Shown in pieces: positions 60,972 through 64,000 of a DNA stretch of 64,000 bases. Source of the DNA: Tubulanus polymorphus. Lineage: Eukaryota; Animalia; Nemertea. Position 1 is the first letter of the stretch, and every line of letters begins with the position of its first letter. Below the pieces are notes generated by a model that made no database searches, had not been told where the DNA came from, and saw only the letters and a list, made by a program, of their open reading frames with translations. The position numbers were made by a program, and so were the translations under genes. The stretch covers positions 9,513,222 through 9,577,221 of the forward strand of contig NC_134030.1 in NCBI RefSeq assembly GCF_964204645.1. Direction: 5' to 3'.

Positions 60972-63085
60972 CTGAAAAATGCGAGAAGATTCACAATCAG
61001 TGATTTTTAAGCCCTTTTCGTATTGGGAAAGATCATAATACATAGGGTTTTAAGACAGTTGAAGGAATATCACAAAATTAGATAGATTTTCGTGACAAAA
61101 ATTCGCACAAAAAGAAGGCTTCGAAAATAAGGAGATTTCTCATCGGACATCCCGTCGACATTGACATCAAGTACCGGCAGTGGACTCCCAGTGTTTTGCG
61201 TGACATGTGCGTGTACGCTAATTCACTCTCTCTTGAAACGACAGGGGCCGAATCAACATATGGCGTGAAATGAAAAGCCACAGGCTATGAAATACGAAAG
61301 GCTTCGAATTTCCGCTACGTGACTTTTCAATGATGAAATCGCACCCAACAGTTATATATCAAATGCCCCGAAACATGTTTCGATTTTCGACACATCGAAG
61401 TCGTGTTCTTCACACGATACTTCCATCTGTTTTTCAGCGCGTGAAAACAATGATACTTCATTTTAAAGAATGGTTTGCCTATATGCATATGGTTTCCAAA
61501 TACGAACCCTTAGCATTTTCACACGCGCATACAGAACTTTTAATTCATGCACGGAATCTGTACCTTATTTTCCAAATCTTCCAAATCACTAAGACACTAC
61601 ATAATCAGCGTTGTGGCGATAAAGAGAATCCAGCAATAATAAAGTGCGAAAATGTTTCGTTGAGCTAGTGGCTTATTCAACGTTTCGACTATATCTGTAT
61701 CATTTCTGATTACTTAAATCAGCCTCGTTGCTCTGGAGTGTATATTATATATATTTTTATAATTTTCTGTTGTAACCCAGTTTTCCTGAATATGACTGTT
61801 AGGATGTAGTCGAAACGGTGAATAAGCCCAGTAAACCAATGTTCGCAGTTTTATTTTTCTTCATTACTGCGAGATTATCTTTATGCTATATTTTCTACAA
61901 TATTGATCATTACACACAACAAATCGGCAAAACGTATCCAGACAATTTTCAGGGGAAAACTGCTTAAGTAAAACATATTCTTGACAGGAGGTCTATCAGT
62001 CAAGGGGTTCCAGACGGCTATACAAAGGCCTATACCGAACATGCACCTGATGAGCATACATTCCCTGAAAGAAACTTATTCGCTCCACATGTTTCGGTGT
62101 TTCTTGCTCGGCTGGCTGTCGCTTTGGTCAACAGGTGTCGGCGTTCCCACCACACAACCCACCAAGGGGCCGGTGAAAACGCCGGATTTCGAATTTAAAC
62201 GCACTAAATTATTCACGGAATGCGCCAATGAGGCCTTAGAATGTCATGGTTCGTACGTTCGGAAGAGACATTGAAAACGGAGTCATTATTGTCTATTATT
62301 TGAAAACCTTTGAATCCAATTCGAATTCTATTGTGTATTTTATCTGTTTCAAAAGGCCGAATGTTCTATACGAAAGATGGTTAATTGCGATAAGGTTTAG
62401 ATAAGTTTTCGTAATTGACACACGTGCGATTTTTTTTCGACGTCGGACGACAAAAGCTCGTGAAATCGAATTCGAGACCCATTCTACGCTCGACAAAAGA
62501 TCAGAATTTCTCAATGAAACTGGGCCGTTTGTTTACCGTAAATACACGTCGATTTCGACTCGAATCGCAAAATGGTAGCTTATAAATCATTTTCGACTTT
62601 GTTTCGAGCGACATCGTGACACGAAGAACAAAGGCCGTTAGTCAACTGCCGCGGACCCACTGACTGCGATCGACAGCAAAAAATATGTTCCGAACCAAAA
62701 CACCAATTATCCGTACGTGATTCGGTGAATCGAAATTTAATTAAGCCGACATCGAGTTTAACACGCGTCATCGTTATCGGCTTTGACGATCTTGAGATCG
62801 CGTCAAAATCAAACAGGTAACGGGGGAAAACGAATCGAAATGGACAGTGCTATTTCGTATCAAACGGTGGCGATAATCGAAAAGAAAAACCAATATAGCA
62901 TCAAACGGAGCCGCGAATCTATAGGTAACAAGGGAATAATCGGAATAGGTTTTGCGATTCGCATGTATGTGCGGGTCGTTTTTTTGTTTGTTTTATACGT
63001 CAAAACCGCATGAAATACGTAATCTATCGAACGTACAAAAAGTTAGAAACCACATTAAAGTGAAAACAATAAACTAGAAGAGAAT

Positions 63086-63327
63086 AAGATAAAAACCCAC
63101 TATCTACAGATTAAAAGAATTTAAAAACAAGAATTTATTTATTAAATCTAAAATATATATAAGACACGACGTTTCGATGATCTCTAGGGTGAGATCGAAA
63201 CGTCGTGTCTTATATATATATTTTAGATTTAATAAATAAATTCTTGTTTTTAAATTGTTTAATCTGTAGATAGTGGGTTTTTATCTTATTATCCGTTCAC
63301 CACGTTTGAGTGTGGTTATCGTTATGT
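63086..63327. mobile_element. Palindromic insertion (Penelope-like terminal remnant) with a 16-bp flanking duplication
   Basis: ~95-bp inverted arms centred near 63186 (acgacgtttcgat / atcgaaacgtcgt). taaactagaagagaat occurs at 63070-63085 and 63328-63343. Confidence 0.6.
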
Positions 63328-64000
63328 TAAACTAGAAGAGAATCTAACGTTTGGACTCAATTCTATGCACCATTTTCAAAATCATAGATAATTGAGTCGA
63401 CACATCAGATTGTCTTCTAGTTTTTTTTCTATTGCATTGTGGGTTTTAACTTTATTGATATCAGACAGTCACTAGTCTATGGAAACCAACATCTTTAATG
63501 GCTGTATAGCGCGCGATACGAATCGTTTTTCTTTTTTGGTGTCGAGGTTCATTTAATACAAGTTTTGTTACGCATTCCATGTATATGCATTATGTTCGTT
63601 TATTAAATAATCCCTTGGTTACTTTATTTAGAAATGGGAAATATCACGACGTACGTACATTATTCCACTGCTACACCATATACCCAGACTACGAGAAATA
63701 TTTCCAGAATTAAGCACGAAAAGGGAACTGAAAAGACAGTAACCTCTATCGTGTGACACCGGTTCTAGCACAGTTACATACCCCGGACTTAACATTAGAC
63801 TTTACTCCTTTATTACAGTCAACTGCCGATATACCGCCCACATAGGTCCAGAACGACCTTGGCGGTATAGAGAGTATGGCGGTATATCGGGGTGTTTTAC
63901 TACGTATTTGTGTAGAGATGTACATTGAAAAAACCTGGCAGTAGGCGGGGGTGGTGGTATACGGGAGGGCGGTATATCGGGGGTCATGGTTAATATCTTT

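Noticed and set aside
62536-62771. Candidate first coding exon of FBXL7
   Set aside because: A donor is present near 62536, but the ATG-led frame I could read gives phase 0 whereas the 60971 exon needs phase 1; not supportable without transcripts.

Overview
Eukaryotic (intron-rich, probably invertebrate/lophotrochozoan) genomic DNA in three parts. (1) 1-27093: a tandem array of ~12-kb non-coding units (1-12691, 12692-24801, partial 24802-27093) made of MITEs, minisatellites and tRNA-derived repeats. (2) 27088-45122: an ~18-kb, very AT-rich endogenous Polinton/Maverick (adintovirus-like) virus with 664-bp TIRs, pPolB, penton, major capsid protein, packaging ATPase, rve integrase, an HNH nuclease and a block of membrane-type proteins, with no recognisable protease. 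Three in-frame TAA stops show early decay. Its most unusual features: 13 of 15 internal ORFs start at an exact TAAATG, preceded either by a T-run (poxvirus late-promoter architecture) or by a conserved A-rich 20-mer; the TIRs carry a host Pol II-type promoter (8 CCAAT boxes, TATA); the right end is a 208-nt imperfect hairpin, and the left end is broken at the hairpin apex. Together these suggest a virophage-like element that depends on a poxvirus/NCLDV-type helper (inference). (3) 45123-64000: a LINE RT fragment cut by the Polinton, two tandem paralogues of a secreted fucolectin/EGF/FN3 gene, and FBXL7 on the minus strand. Family assignments come from motif recognition, not database searches.
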